From a virus (lineage: Duplodnaviria; Caudoviricetes): DNA of 25,481 nucleotides. A program made the position numbers and the translations under genes. The DNA lies in the IMG/VR virus record IMGVR_UViG_3300030433_000766, positions 1 to 25,481 of that record, one strand, 5' to 3'. The notes below the pieces were generated by a model. It was not told the DNA's origin, ran no database searches, and saw only the letters and a program-made list of their open reading frames with translations. Positions 1 to 8,600 of this stretch are shown here, piece after piece; position 1 is the first letter of the stretch, and every line of letters begins with the position of its first letter.

Positions 1-2213
1 GCTGATTGGAACTTGTAAAGTTGGTTTGTAAGTAAGCCAGCTTCCGGGGAAGTGCCTTTTGCTCGTTTATTAACCTTATTGGCGTAGGCGGCTACATCTC
101 CCTTTGACGCCTCGGCAAAGTTGCCAAACGATTCCGATAGAATTTCTCCCGCAACAAAGCTGCGCCTAGCCTGAATAGGACGTTGGTAGTATTCGTTCTG
201 CCAACCTTCGCTCATCATGGAAACGTAGTCGCTTTCCAGCATTTTGAATTGAGCGTCATTGTATTGACCGGCAACAATTTCATTGCCCTCCTGGTCCTTT
301 ATTCCAAAAAGGTTTGATTCCAATTGCGCCCTGATTGCCATCAATGGATCACTGGGGTCGCCAGACTCAAATTTAGGATGGAACAACTCATGCGCCAATG
401 TGCGCAGCGGATTTACTGCCTCGGAAATGTTTACGACTACCAAAGGTTTCCCGTTGTAATCATCTATGGCTACTCCTTCATAGCCAGCCTCCGCACTGCC
501 AAGCGTCCCGCGCAATTGGGGGTCAGCGGCAATTTGATCCGTTGTCATGTAGCGGATATTTAGATCGCCAGTATCGCCGCCAATCAGCATGCCACGACCG
601 AATGCATCTAATTTTGCTAACTCTAAAAGTTTAGGTGGAAGAAGCTGACTTGTAAGAACTTCCCGGTCTGAGCTTGGTAGTTGAGCCAAAAAGTTTGAGA
701 CTAAATCTTGGTCAGGAATATCCAGGACAGAGTCTACCTCCTTGGTGACAATCTTCCCGTTTTCCTTTGTAGCGTAAGTAATCTTTCCGGCGCCCGTAAT
801 CTTGCCTAGCGCGTAACCCTGCGCCATACCGATAGGACCACCCAATACACCAACACCTAAACCCCCGGCAGCGCCTTCCCTGCCAGCAATTAAATAGCCC
901 ATGCCCGCACCAAACACTGAGCCTTTTACTGCTGCGTCTGATATCTCCCCAGCAAGGCGCAGTGTCCGGTTCATCGCAGGATTATCAATCCGCTTTAGCG
1001 CCTCAATTGCGCCCTGCGAGTAGCCTCCCTGCTTTGCCGCAATACCCAAGCTACCCATTTGCGCACCTCTTGCGGCGCCGCTGATGGTGTTGCCTATTGT
1101 TTTAGCTTTGGCACCAACCTTGCCAATATATTGAGGCGCACCTTTTGCTGTAGCGTATGTACCAATCCCAGCAATAAGCGTATCAATAAGCGATTCATCA
1201 TCTTCAATCGCCTTATAAATTCCGTACCCCATGGTGCCAGCAACAGCATACTTACCAACCTTTGTATCTGCCGCTCTTGCTACTCCTTCTCCTGTTTTGG
1301 AAACAGCTTTGCCGGCAAGATCCGCAGTCCTAGTGGCAGGGCGCCGAGCAAACTGCGCGGCCCATTCTCCGGCGCTAGAAAGTTTTTCGCTCTTGGGAAC
1401 TTTTTCGGCAATGTCTTTGAGCGACTTTGTGAGGCGGGCCAACTTCTCACCCTTAACACCCTTATCGACAAGGTTGCTTACTTTCGCAGCTTGCCCGCCA
1501 GGTATAAGCCAGGTTGGGTCTAGTAAGATGGACCAAGAATCGGCCCATTTCATATTTACGTCCTCATCAAACGACTCGCCCAGTGCTTCCCCTTTAACTG
1601 GGTCATTAAATAAATCACCCAATCCACGCGCATAATTACCAAGGTAACTTTTCGGGCCTTGAACTTTCTTTGCGCCGGGAGTGCTAGGCGGAACAATGTT
1701 TCCCTCTTCATCCTTGTAGACCCCCTGAAGTTCCAAAAACTTACCTGTCAATGAGAGGTAGGCGTTATATGCAGCTTTATTTTCCTCCTCATCATCCCGC
1801 CATGCTTTTGCGGTAAACCTTCCAGCGCCTTTACCAAGGTCAATAATACCATCTAAAGCACGCAACCCCGCCTCAGTCATGTTTTGAGGTAAACGCTTGT
1901 ATCCTTGCCCTTCAAAAAACCCAGACCCTAAATGCTTTAACGCCTCACCAGCGAGTTTCATGTAGGCAACACTAGCCTCCTGATTTTCCTTCCAACCCTC
2001 GTAGGTAAAGAATTGGCGCCCGTACTCGTCCTCCATGAAAGTATCATGCCCAGAGCGAGTAACTAGCCTGTGATTGTTTTTATTTCGCTTTTGCCGCTCC
2101 TCATAAAGGCGGTCAAGTTCATCTGCTAATGTTAAGCCACCAGTGTTTTGCTGTTTAGGTGCCTCACCAAAATAAAAACTTTTGATCCAATCTTCTCGAT
2201 TTTTGTCTGCCAT
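1..2213 (-). CDS. Large internal virion/ejection (polyvalent-type) protein with zincin HExxH motif; N-terminal part only, runs off the window
   Basis: ATG at 2213-2211 overlaps the TAA of the upstream gene (TAATG). By my translation the frame stays open to the window edge (>=737 aa, MADKNREDWIKKFYFGEAPK...). It has a Gly/Ala-rich hydrophobic middle, LAHELFH at 378-392 and a downstream GEILSESF. It is absent from the ORF track because there is no stop codon in the window. Confidence 0.8.
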   Translation of the reverse strand, partial: MADKNREDWIKSFYFGEAPKQQNTGGLTLADELDRLYEERQKRNKNNHRLVTRSGHDTFMEDEYGRQFFTYEGWKENQEASVAYMKLAGEALKHLGSGFFEGQGYKRLPQNMTEAGLRALDGIIDLGKGAGRFTAKAWRDDEEENKAAYNAYLSLTGKFLELQGVYKDEEGNIVPPSTPGAKKVQGPKSYLGNYARGLGDLFNDPVKGEALGESFDEDVNMKWADSWSILLDPTWLIPGGQAAKVSNLVDKGVKGEKLARLTKSLKDIAEKVPKSEKLSSAGEWAAQFARRPATRTADLAGKAVSKTGEGVARAADTKVGKYAVAGTMGYGIYKAIEDDESLIDTLIAGIGTYATAKGAPQYIGKVGAKAKTIGNTISGAARGAQMGSLGIAAKQGGYSQGAIEALKRIDNPAMNRTLRLAGEISDAAVKGSVFGAGMGYLIAGREGAAGGLGVGVLGGPIGMAQGYALGKITGAGKITYATKENGKIVTKEVDSVLDIPDQDLVSNFLAQLPSSDREVLTSQLLPPKLLELAKLDAFGRGMLIGGDTGDLNIRYMTTDQIAADPQLRGTLGSAEAGYEGVAIDDYNGKPLVVVNISEAVNPLRTLAHELFHPKFESGDPSDPLMAIRAQLESNLFGIKDQEGNEIVAGQYNDAQFKMLESDYVSMMSEGWQNEYYQRPIQARRSFVAGEILSESFGNFAEASKGDVAAYANKVNKRAKGTSPEAGLLTNQLYKFQS

Positions 2214-4624
2214 TATTCGCCTTTAAGTTGCTGATTCAAACGTGCTTTGTTTGGCTTAAAATCTCCGGACTCAATCCGCTTACTCAACCCGCCCCATGAC
2301 ATAAACCGTGTAGGCCCGTTAGGGATTTTAATGAACACGCCCCGTGAATTGGTTCGGACAATCTCGCCGGTAGTGCTTCCAATCTTAACCCGGTGCCGGA
2401 CGAATGAGTAAGGATCTCCACCACCACCGTTATCAGCTAATTTCTGGAACTCCTGTATGGCGCGATATTCTTTAAGCTGACTGTCTACCATTGCCTGGCG
2501 CTCCTCTTCGCTCTCCCACGGCGTAATGTCTTCAGCTTCCTCCGTCTCCCCTTCAACACCCTGATCAGCGCCGGGGATTGGTCCCTTCGGGCCTTCAGCG
2601 GGTTCGTCTGGGTTAGACTCTACCTCTGGAGGCATGTACGTTTCAGGATTGAAGTTTGCAGGTTCTAACTGGTCTTCAGTCTGCGGTGATCGATTGATCT
2701 GCATGCCGATTTGCCCTCGGCTAATTTCACCCTCTACTTCCGGCAGTTGCCGTGGCGCTGGCTGACCTTCTGGTGTGCCTGTTGGCGCCATTTGATTGGG
2801 AGTTGGGTCGGGTTGGTCCTGCGCCGGCTGGGTTGGCGCTGGGTTGTTAGGCATAAACATTGAGTGAACCACTGCGCTGCCATCCGGGTAGGTTCCCTTA
2901 TGCGCACCCATATCAATCATTGTATTAGCAAAATCACTTACATCTCTTTTGGTAAACCTGTATTGCCTCATGCCGTTTTCGCCAGGCAACTTATAGTTAA
3001 CAGTGCCAGAGGTCTTACCCATCATTACCGCATTAGCTAAAATGCTGTTTTCAGCATCCTGAGTGCTTCGGTAACTTGTTTTGAGTTCCGGAATCCTCGG
3101 CATAACCATTCCACCTTGCTGGGCGGGGTTGGTTGGGCTACTGGATTCACTGTAGATCGGTTCACCTGTTATATCAGAGTAAAGTCCGGTGTACCCTGAA
3201 ACATTTTGCCTAGCACTTATTGAGTCTTCCAGTTTCCTAACGATTACCTTATCCACCAGTTCAGTGGTAATATCGTAAAGTTTTCGGTTAACTTCTTCAG
3301 GGTTTTCAATTGAAACAAATGCTGCCTTGTAGTTCTTAATATCGTTATCAGTAAGAACACCAACCTCCCCGTAAATACCACGGGCAAGATTGGGAATAAT
3401 GGCATTAAGCATACCGTTCATTTCCTGAATGGCCTTACCTTGATCTGTGGCAAATAATTGTTTGATATTAGAAAACTTAGATTCAAGTTTGCCGGTTTTA
3501 ACTCGGCCAATAAACTGATCTATGTCCTTCATTTGCTCCCTAACGGTAATTGCTTTTTCAAACCCGCGCCGTTGCTCAACTCCCATACCCTCCCCAAATA
3601 CTCGACTTAATTGGAGCTTCTGGGTCATGGGCGTATTTTGGTCGCTTATCTGGTTGTAAATCTCAGCACGCCTTTGGTTCACCTTTGCCACTAAAGCATT
3701 TTGCCCTGGCATAGTTGAAGTAGTGACAGCCATCCCGCTCATTGCTAGGTCATTAACAAAACTTTCTTCTATAGGCTGACCCGCAGTGATGTTTTTGGCT
3801 TTCTCAAGCAGAAGCTGATTCCTAAGTTTTATGTCTTCCTTAGTCTGGAAATCGTCAAGATCAGCCTGTCTTTCCGCAGCCGCAGTTCTTTTGGCCCTTT
3901 CCTCTAGTTGAGCGGATATTACACCAGAGGCTCCGTATACATCCTTACGATCAACCGTCCCGCTACCGTCAACATCAAGTTCTGCCGGAACAGGTAAGCC
4001 AGCCTTGACGTACATTCCTTTAATTTCCTCACCAGTAACGATTGCTGTGGCATCGGCTATAGTGGATGCGTAGCCTTCAGGATCATTCGCCTCGACTAAA
4101 GTGGTTGGCTTAAACGAAGGATCTATTCTCTGGGCTTGAAGCACTAGCGACGCATTGTCTTTCGCTAAAGTCTCCGCATTTTTTAGCCCAATTGTTGCCA
4201 TCACCCTATCATGATGCCGCTTCTCTTCAGACGCATTGAAAACAGGTCTATCAAAAAGCGCATCTCGCCATAGTTTGTAATTATCGTATGTATCCCCGTG
4301 CGCCTGTATGTCTGGAAGGTGTTTTTCTTCCGCAAACCTAAACGCACTAAGTCTTTGCTCATCAGTCTTTAGTTCATGGGCATTAATTATGTCTTTAAGG
4401 GCCATGAAGCTAACGCCAGCACTGTCCCTTAATCCCCTCTGCCGTGCCCGCTCTTTTGCTCTCTCCTGCGCCTCACGCAGTTGAGAGTCAATAAGCTGAT
4501 TGCGCCTTTCCTGCGCATCCTGGCGCAACTTCATCTCCGCCATACTCTGCGCCTGAGAGAAACCCCGGTTGTAAAGGTTAGCCCCAACCTCAAACCCCTG
4601 TAAGAATGAACTTTTTCGTGCCAT
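2213..4624 (-). CDS. Internal virion / DNA ejection protein
   Basis: 803 aa. It has an N-terminal SFLQGFEVG amphipathic motif, coiled-coil regions, a GVLTDNDI motif of a kind seen in podovirus ejection proteins, a P/Q/E-rich linker and a small beta-rich C-terminal domain. It is the second of three post-tail genes. Confidence 0.65.
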   Translation of the reverse strand: MARKSSFLQGFEVGANLYNRGFSQAQSMAEMKLRQDAQERRNQLIDSQLREAQERAKERARQRGLRDSAGVSFMALKDIINAHELKTDEQRLSAFRFAEEKHLPDIQAHGDTYDNYKLWRDALFDRPVFNASEEKRHHDRVMATIGLKNAETLAKDNASLVLQAQRIDPSFKPTTLVEANDPEGYASTIADATAIVTGEEIKGMYVKAGLPVPAELDVDGSGTVDRKDVYGASGVISAQLEERAKRTAAAERQADLDDFQTKEDIKLRNQLLLEKAKNITAGQPIEESFVNDLAMSGMAVTTSTMPGQNALVAKVNQRRAEIYNQISDQNTPMTQKLQLSRVFGEGMGVEQRRGFEKAITVREQMKDIDQFIGRVKTGKLESKFSNIKQLFATDQGKAIQEMNGMLNAIIPNLARGIYGEVGVLTDNDIKNYKAAFVSIENPEEVNRKLYDITTELVDKVIVRKLEDSISARQNVSGYTGLYSDITGEPIYSESSSPTNPAQQGGMVMPRIPELKTSYRSTQDAENSILANAVMMGKTSGTVNYKLPGENGMRQYRFTKRDVSDFANTMIDMGAHKGTYPDGSAVVHSMFMPNNPAPTQPAQDQPDPTPNQMAPTGTPEGQPAPRQLPEVEGEISRGQIGMQINRSPQTEDQLEPANFNPETYMPPEVESNPDEPAEGPKGPIPGADQGVEGETEEAEDITPWESEEERQAMVDSQLKEYRAIQEFQKLADNGGGGDPYSFVRHRVKIGSTTGEIVRTNSRGVFIKIPNGPTRFMSWGGLSKRIESGDFKPNKARLNQQLKGE

Positions 4625-4642
4625 TAGATTTTAATCCTTTAT

Positions 4643-5608
4643 TTAAGCTACTTGCTGTCCAGTAGGTAATCTAAAGCCGTAGCCACCTATTCCTCCACCT
4701 GCTCCAGCCATTGCCCTACCGACAAAGTGACCACCAAACCCTTGTGCCGCCACACCAGCAACCATACCTAGCCCCTCCATCCACGGGTTACTTTGGTTCT
4801 GTAATCCCTGCACATAGGTTGAGTAGTTGCTGCTGGCAAACTGTGCTGCCTGTGCCCCGGCGTTCGGGTTCTGCGCAATGCCCTGCTGCAACTGCATGGG
4901 CGCAAAGTTGGCAGCACCCTGCTGCGCTCCACTGATTGCCCCGTACTGCGCCGTAATGGGTGTTCCTAGCGCGTAGGCTTGTGCCTGAGACATTCTCTGC
5001 GTCAAAAGGCGTTGTCCTGCATCAAACTTAGCTAAAGCCTCCTGACCGATGTTGGCGGAGCCATATACGTTGCCCCGTGCAGATTGGGCGCCCCGTACAC
5101 TTTGTTCTACCTGGCGGGATGCATCTTCCCCTAACTCCCGTCCGGCAGATAATTCTTCCAGAGTGGTTTGGGCCAGTTTCTGGCGTAGCTCATAACCAAC
5201 TGGATCCGCCTCCTTAATGCGCTTCAACTGCTCAAGGTTCATCTGCTCGCCATACCGTTGCTGGATGTCGAGGTTCATGGCGGCAATCGCATCGGCGCTG
5301 GTGCGCATTGCCTCCAGATCAATTCCCAGTTGATCAATATCACCGAACCCAGTGAAGTCTACGTCAATAAACTCGTCACCAATCTTAACCCGACCCTTGC
5401 CGCCGGACTTGGCCAATGACTCAATGATCTTCCGCGCTGGCAGAGTCTTGATATCAGTCTCGATACCCTCACGGTTCGCAGCGGCATAATCAGGCGGAGG
5501 CGGGGGCGTGCCCTTGTTCACCGCATCCCGTGCCGCCCAGAAGCGTTCACCATATGCGGCCACAATGCTTTGCGCCGCCCGTTCGCATTGTTTCATTAGA
5601 TCATTCAT
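4643..5608 (-). CDS. Internal virion / DNA ejection protein (positional equivalent of P22 gp7 / T7 gp14)
   Basis: 321 aa with a KGTPPPPPDY motif near the N-terminus, a Q/A-rich helical body, an ARG motif and a Gly-rich hydrophobic C-terminus. It follows the tail and GNAT-like genes. Confidence 0.65.
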   Translation of the reverse strand: MNDLMKQCERAAQSIVAAYGERFWAARDAVNKGTPPPPPDYAAANREGIETDIKTLPARKIIESLAKSGGKGRVKIGDEFIDVDFTGFGDIDQLGIDLEAMRTSADAIAAMNLDIQQRYGEQMNLEQLKRIKEADPVGYELRQKLAQTTLEELSAGRELGEDASRQVEQSVRGAQSARGNVYGSANIGQEALAKFDAGQRLLTQRMSQAQAYALGTPITAQYGAISGAQQGAANFAPMQLQQGIAQNPNAGAQAAQFASSNYSTYVQGLQNQSNPWMEGLGMVAGVAAQGFGGHFVGRAMAGAGGGIGGYGFRLPTGQQVA

Positions 5609-5897
5609 TTAAAGCCTTATCGTACAACTCCACTAAGTCTTCCCGGTTTAGTTCCATTAGATTTTTTACGGTCAAATATGACCCGTACAGGTCGCCCTTA
5701 AATTTGCTCACATACACCTCGGCAATGTGTGGCTGGTGCGGTAGCACCCACACTGCGCATTTACCCAGGTCATCATCACCCAAGTGCGATTGACCGACAT
5801 AAACACCAACCGGGATTGGCTTTTGCATAACCACATTAGCTGTCGGCGGTTTATGCTCAAACCCTTGCCCAACTGTTACTGGCCCGGTTATTTCCAT
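5601..5897 (-). CDS. Stand-alone riboflavin kinase (flavokinase)-fold protein
   Basis: 98 aa carrying the RibF kinase-domain motifs in the correct order: ITGxVxxGxG, PTAN (18-21), GVY (31-33), E60-V-Y and F-x-G-DLYG (66-72). It overlaps both neighbouring genes. Confidence 0.75.
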   Translation of the reverse strand: MEITGPVTVGQGFEHKPPTANVVMQKPIPVGVYVGQSHLGDDDLGKCAVWVLPHQPHIAEVYVSKFKGDLYGSYLTVKNLMELNREDLVELYDKALNE

Positions 5898-6307
5898 CGC
5901 TCAACAATTCGCTCAAATACTTCCGGCTTAATCTGCTTCCGCTTGCCATGCCGGTTGGCAAACAACTTTAATTCCCGCCATTCGGGACAACGAACATCGA
6001 GTTCGTCGAGACACGCCGCCAATCCTTGTTTCGTCGTCGCCACAACGTCCTGGAGAAGCATGCAGTCTCCGCTTTCGTCCCAGCACCTCCAGTGCTTATC
6101 GATGTCAGCCTCAAGCATCTTCGTCCCAACCGCCAACGCGACCAACTCGCCGTCGTCTTCGACGAGGACCAAACTTCCATTTGAATGGTGCCACGAGAGG
6201 TAAATTCCCATGATATCGTCCGGCCATCCTCCGAAACACCAGTTCCGATGATCGTGCGCCCTGGCAAAACGCAGGACCGAATCAATTGAATGATTTCCTT
6301 CACTCAT
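5888..6307 (-). CDS. GNAT-fold/acetyltransferase-like virion-module protein (positional equivalent of T7 gp13 / P22 gp14)
   Basis: 139 aa with an LVLVEDDGELVALAVG beta-hairpin and a 'GDCMLLQDVV' strand. It sits in the conserved position right after the tail nozzle gene, with an ATGA overlap. Confidence 0.5.
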   Translation of the reverse strand: MSEGNHSIDSVLRFARAHDHRNWCFGGWPDDIMGIYLSWHHSNGSLVLVEDDGELVALAVGTKMLEADIDKHWRCWDESGDCMLLQDVVATTKQGLAACLDELDVRCPEWRELKLFANRHGKRKQIKPEVFERIVERWK

Positions 6308-7929
6308 GTTTCCTGCTCGATTGAGTTCACAAAGGCGCTGGCCTTAATTCCGCGCACCCACATTTTGCCCGCATTGGTAACGACCTTAAACTGCATCTCC
6401 CGGCACGGTCCGTTGCTTAATAAATTGTACGAGTTCCGGATTGGAACCGTTTTCGGGAACGATGCTGGCAAAGTAAATGGCAGCGTCAGGGAACTTGTTT
6501 CCGTGCCAATAGTCTGTTGGTTTACAACCGAATCAGATTCCTCATCTAACACGGCCCTGAGATTTACATGGTTCGCAGTGCCAGGCTTTAGCTCAAGCTC
6601 AACATGGTTCGGCAGTAGCTCGCTAAACTGCTCGCCAAAGGTCATGCCCCGGGTCAACACACTAGATGTGTAATCCACCCCATCATCTTGATAGGTTTGA
6701 TCAGATTCAGAGGTGTTTTGGACATAATCCAAGTAAACCAGAGTCCGTCCTGACTCGGTGCCCATTACGAGCCTCAGATTGCCGCTGAAGGCGCTTACGG
6801 TGAAATCGGTAGCATCCCATGTCCAAGTGCCCACAAACGCCTTGGCGACGGTATTGTATACAATAGTTGTATTGTTAGTCGTGCTGGATCCGGTGGGCAC
6901 ACTCAAAATGTAGTGATTGTTCCAACTGACCCCGCACGCTTGCTCTTTGGCGTAGTTCCAGTTGATCGTATCGATTACATCCTGGATTCCGATTGAGATA
7001 GGTTCACTGACTGCTTGAGCGGCACCTTCCAAAATTGATCGCACGGTGCGAATGCCGTCTGGCGCCAAGAAAAACAAATCCTGACCGACTTGAGCCACAG
7101 ACCGATGTGATACGCAGCCCATCCGGGTATCAATAGTTTCAACGGTCCAACTGGCGGCGGTTGACGCAGTAGGATCAGCGACCACATTGAAAATGGAACG
7201 CTCTTTGAACACCACCAGGTTCACCCCAATCCAAGGGTGAATAGCGGTAATAGGATCCCCTACGGAGCCGCCAATTCTTATCTGGTTGTTGACGTTATCC
7301 CAAGTGGAACCATTAAGAAGATCGCTGGCATATAAAGCATCCGGCACTGACGAGACCCCGGCGGCGAAGAGACGGTTTGTATGCGTCTTGAGATATTTGC
7401 AGATCGGCGGGTTTCCCGTCCCCGTTGATTCGTCGGTGAATGTTGATCCATCGTAACTCCGTACATTATTGGTTCCGTCAGTCAGATAAACCTTATCGGT
7501 TAACTGCGCCATTTCCACGTTGGCGCTATCTGCCGGGGTGTAGCCCGTGACCTCAGTCCAAGTTGTTCCGCCAGTGTTCTTGTAAACCTTCTGATCCGCT
7601 ACAGCCAGCAACTGCTCAAGGCTGGGCGTATCAAAATAGAAAACCGAATCAACCCTCTCCACCCCGGACCCATCCCAGTTGGTATTAACTGAAGACCAGT
7701 TTTGGATTGCTGAAGACCATATTAAATCTTGAGGACCAGAGTAATCAGCAGAAAGCCCGCGCCTGGTAATAATTCCGCCAAACCGATCAATGTCCACATT
7801 GACCCCCTCAGAGTATTGCGTCGGTCCAATCAGGTTAGAACGCACATTGCTAACCTGACCTCCAACAAAGGACTGAACGGCGTCGAACGCCATCTGGTCA
7901 TCTAAACTGTCATTGTAAACTACAGGCAT
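6304..7929 (-). CDS. Tail tubular protein B / nozzle (P22 gp10, T7 gp12-like beta-propeller)
   Basis: 541 aa with N-terminal F-x-GG, NVDID...G.I..R.G, HTNRLF, GDPITAI, LVVFKERSI, GCVSHRSV and FFLAPDGI motifs, typical of podovirus stabilisation proteins. Confidence 0.8.
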   Translation of the reverse strand: MPVVYNDSLDDQMAFDAVQSFVGGQVSNVRSNLIGPTQYSEGVNVDIDRFGGIITRRGLSADYSGPQDLIWSSAIQNWSSVNTNWDGSGVERVDSVFYFDTPSLEQLLAVADQKVYKNTGGTTWTEVTGYTPADSANVEMAQLTDKVYLTDGTNNVRSYDGSTFTDESTGTGNPPICKYLKTHTNRLFAAGVSSVPDALYASDLLNGSTWDNVNNQIRIGGSVGDPITAIHPWIGVNLVVFKERSIFNVVADPTASTAASWTVETIDTRMGCVSHRSVAQVGQDLFFLAPDGIRTVRSILEGAAQAVSEPISIGIQDVIDTINWNYAKEQACGVSWNNHYILSVPTGSSTTNNTTIVYNTVAKAFVGTWTWDATDFTVSAFSGNLRLVMGTESGRTLVYLDYVQNTSESDQTYQDDGVDYTSSVLTRGMTFGEQFSELLPNHVELELKPGTANHVNLRAVLDEESDSVVNQQTIGTETSSLTLPFTLPASFPKTVPIRNSYNLLSNGPCREMQFKVVTNAGKMWVRGIKASAFVNSIEQET

Positions 7930-8576
7930 CAGTCAAAATCATTTACGTCCCACACGTTTGGTACTTCCGGAATCAGACGGGCAATCTTTGCCGATTGCGC
8001 CGATTCAAGATCCCGCATCAACATCATGGCGCCAGCAGCTTCCTGCTGCTTCACCTGTGCCTTGCCGTACTGCCGCATGTGTTCAAGCATGTCGCCCTCC
8101 ACATAGGCCAGTAACGCATTATCAATGCCGTTAATTTTCGGAGAATCAGAATCTGTTAAGGCAGTGAGTTTCAACTTGCCCAACACCAGCAGTGTCTTGG
8201 CCTTGTCAGGCTTTCGGATCAAACGGATCACTGCGTTGCCGCTGGAATCGTTTGGCAGCGTGATAAAACTTGTTGGCGAACCGGACTCATCAAACAGCGC
8301 CGGGTTAATCTGAAACACCGTCTCGTAGTCCATGGATGATATTTCGTTATCATCCCAGGCTACTGCCACAGCAAAGCGCACCGCACTATTGAGGGTAACC
8401 TCGCTGGTGTCGGCGGCTACTGAGTAGCTTGTGGTCCCTAGCGTTTCGCGCCAAAGACCAGAGTCCCAAATCATTTCATACCGGCGATCAATAAAACTCT
8501 TCAAAAGAGTCAGCGAACCCGCATCACTCTTCTGGAGTTTATCCGCCACAAATTGTGCTATTGCCGATTTAGTCAT
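7929..8576 (-). CDS. Tail tubular protein A / head-tail adaptor
   Basis: 215 aa with a helical N-terminus, a beta-rich middle (GSPT, IRL..KPD) and a helical C-terminus. It lies immediately upstream of the nozzle gene with a TGATG overlap. Confidence 0.7.
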   Translation of the reverse strand: MTKSAIAQFVADKLQKSDAGSLTLLKSFIDRRYEMIWDSGLWRETLGTTSYSVAADTSEVTLNSAVRFAVAVAWDDNEISSMDYETVFQINPALFDESGSPTSFITLPNDSSGNAVIRLIRKPDKAKTLLVLGKLKLTALTDSDSPKINGIDNALLAYVEGDMLEHMRQYGKAQVKQQEAAGAMMLMRDLESAQSAKIARLIPEVPNVWDVNDFD

Positions 8577-8600
8577 GTTTATCTTTTGCCCACAGTTAAA

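Noticed and set aside
324-1635. Several + strand ORFs and a short - strand ORF in the track
   Set aside because: All lie over the long open minus-strand frame starting at 2213, which is the more credible gene.
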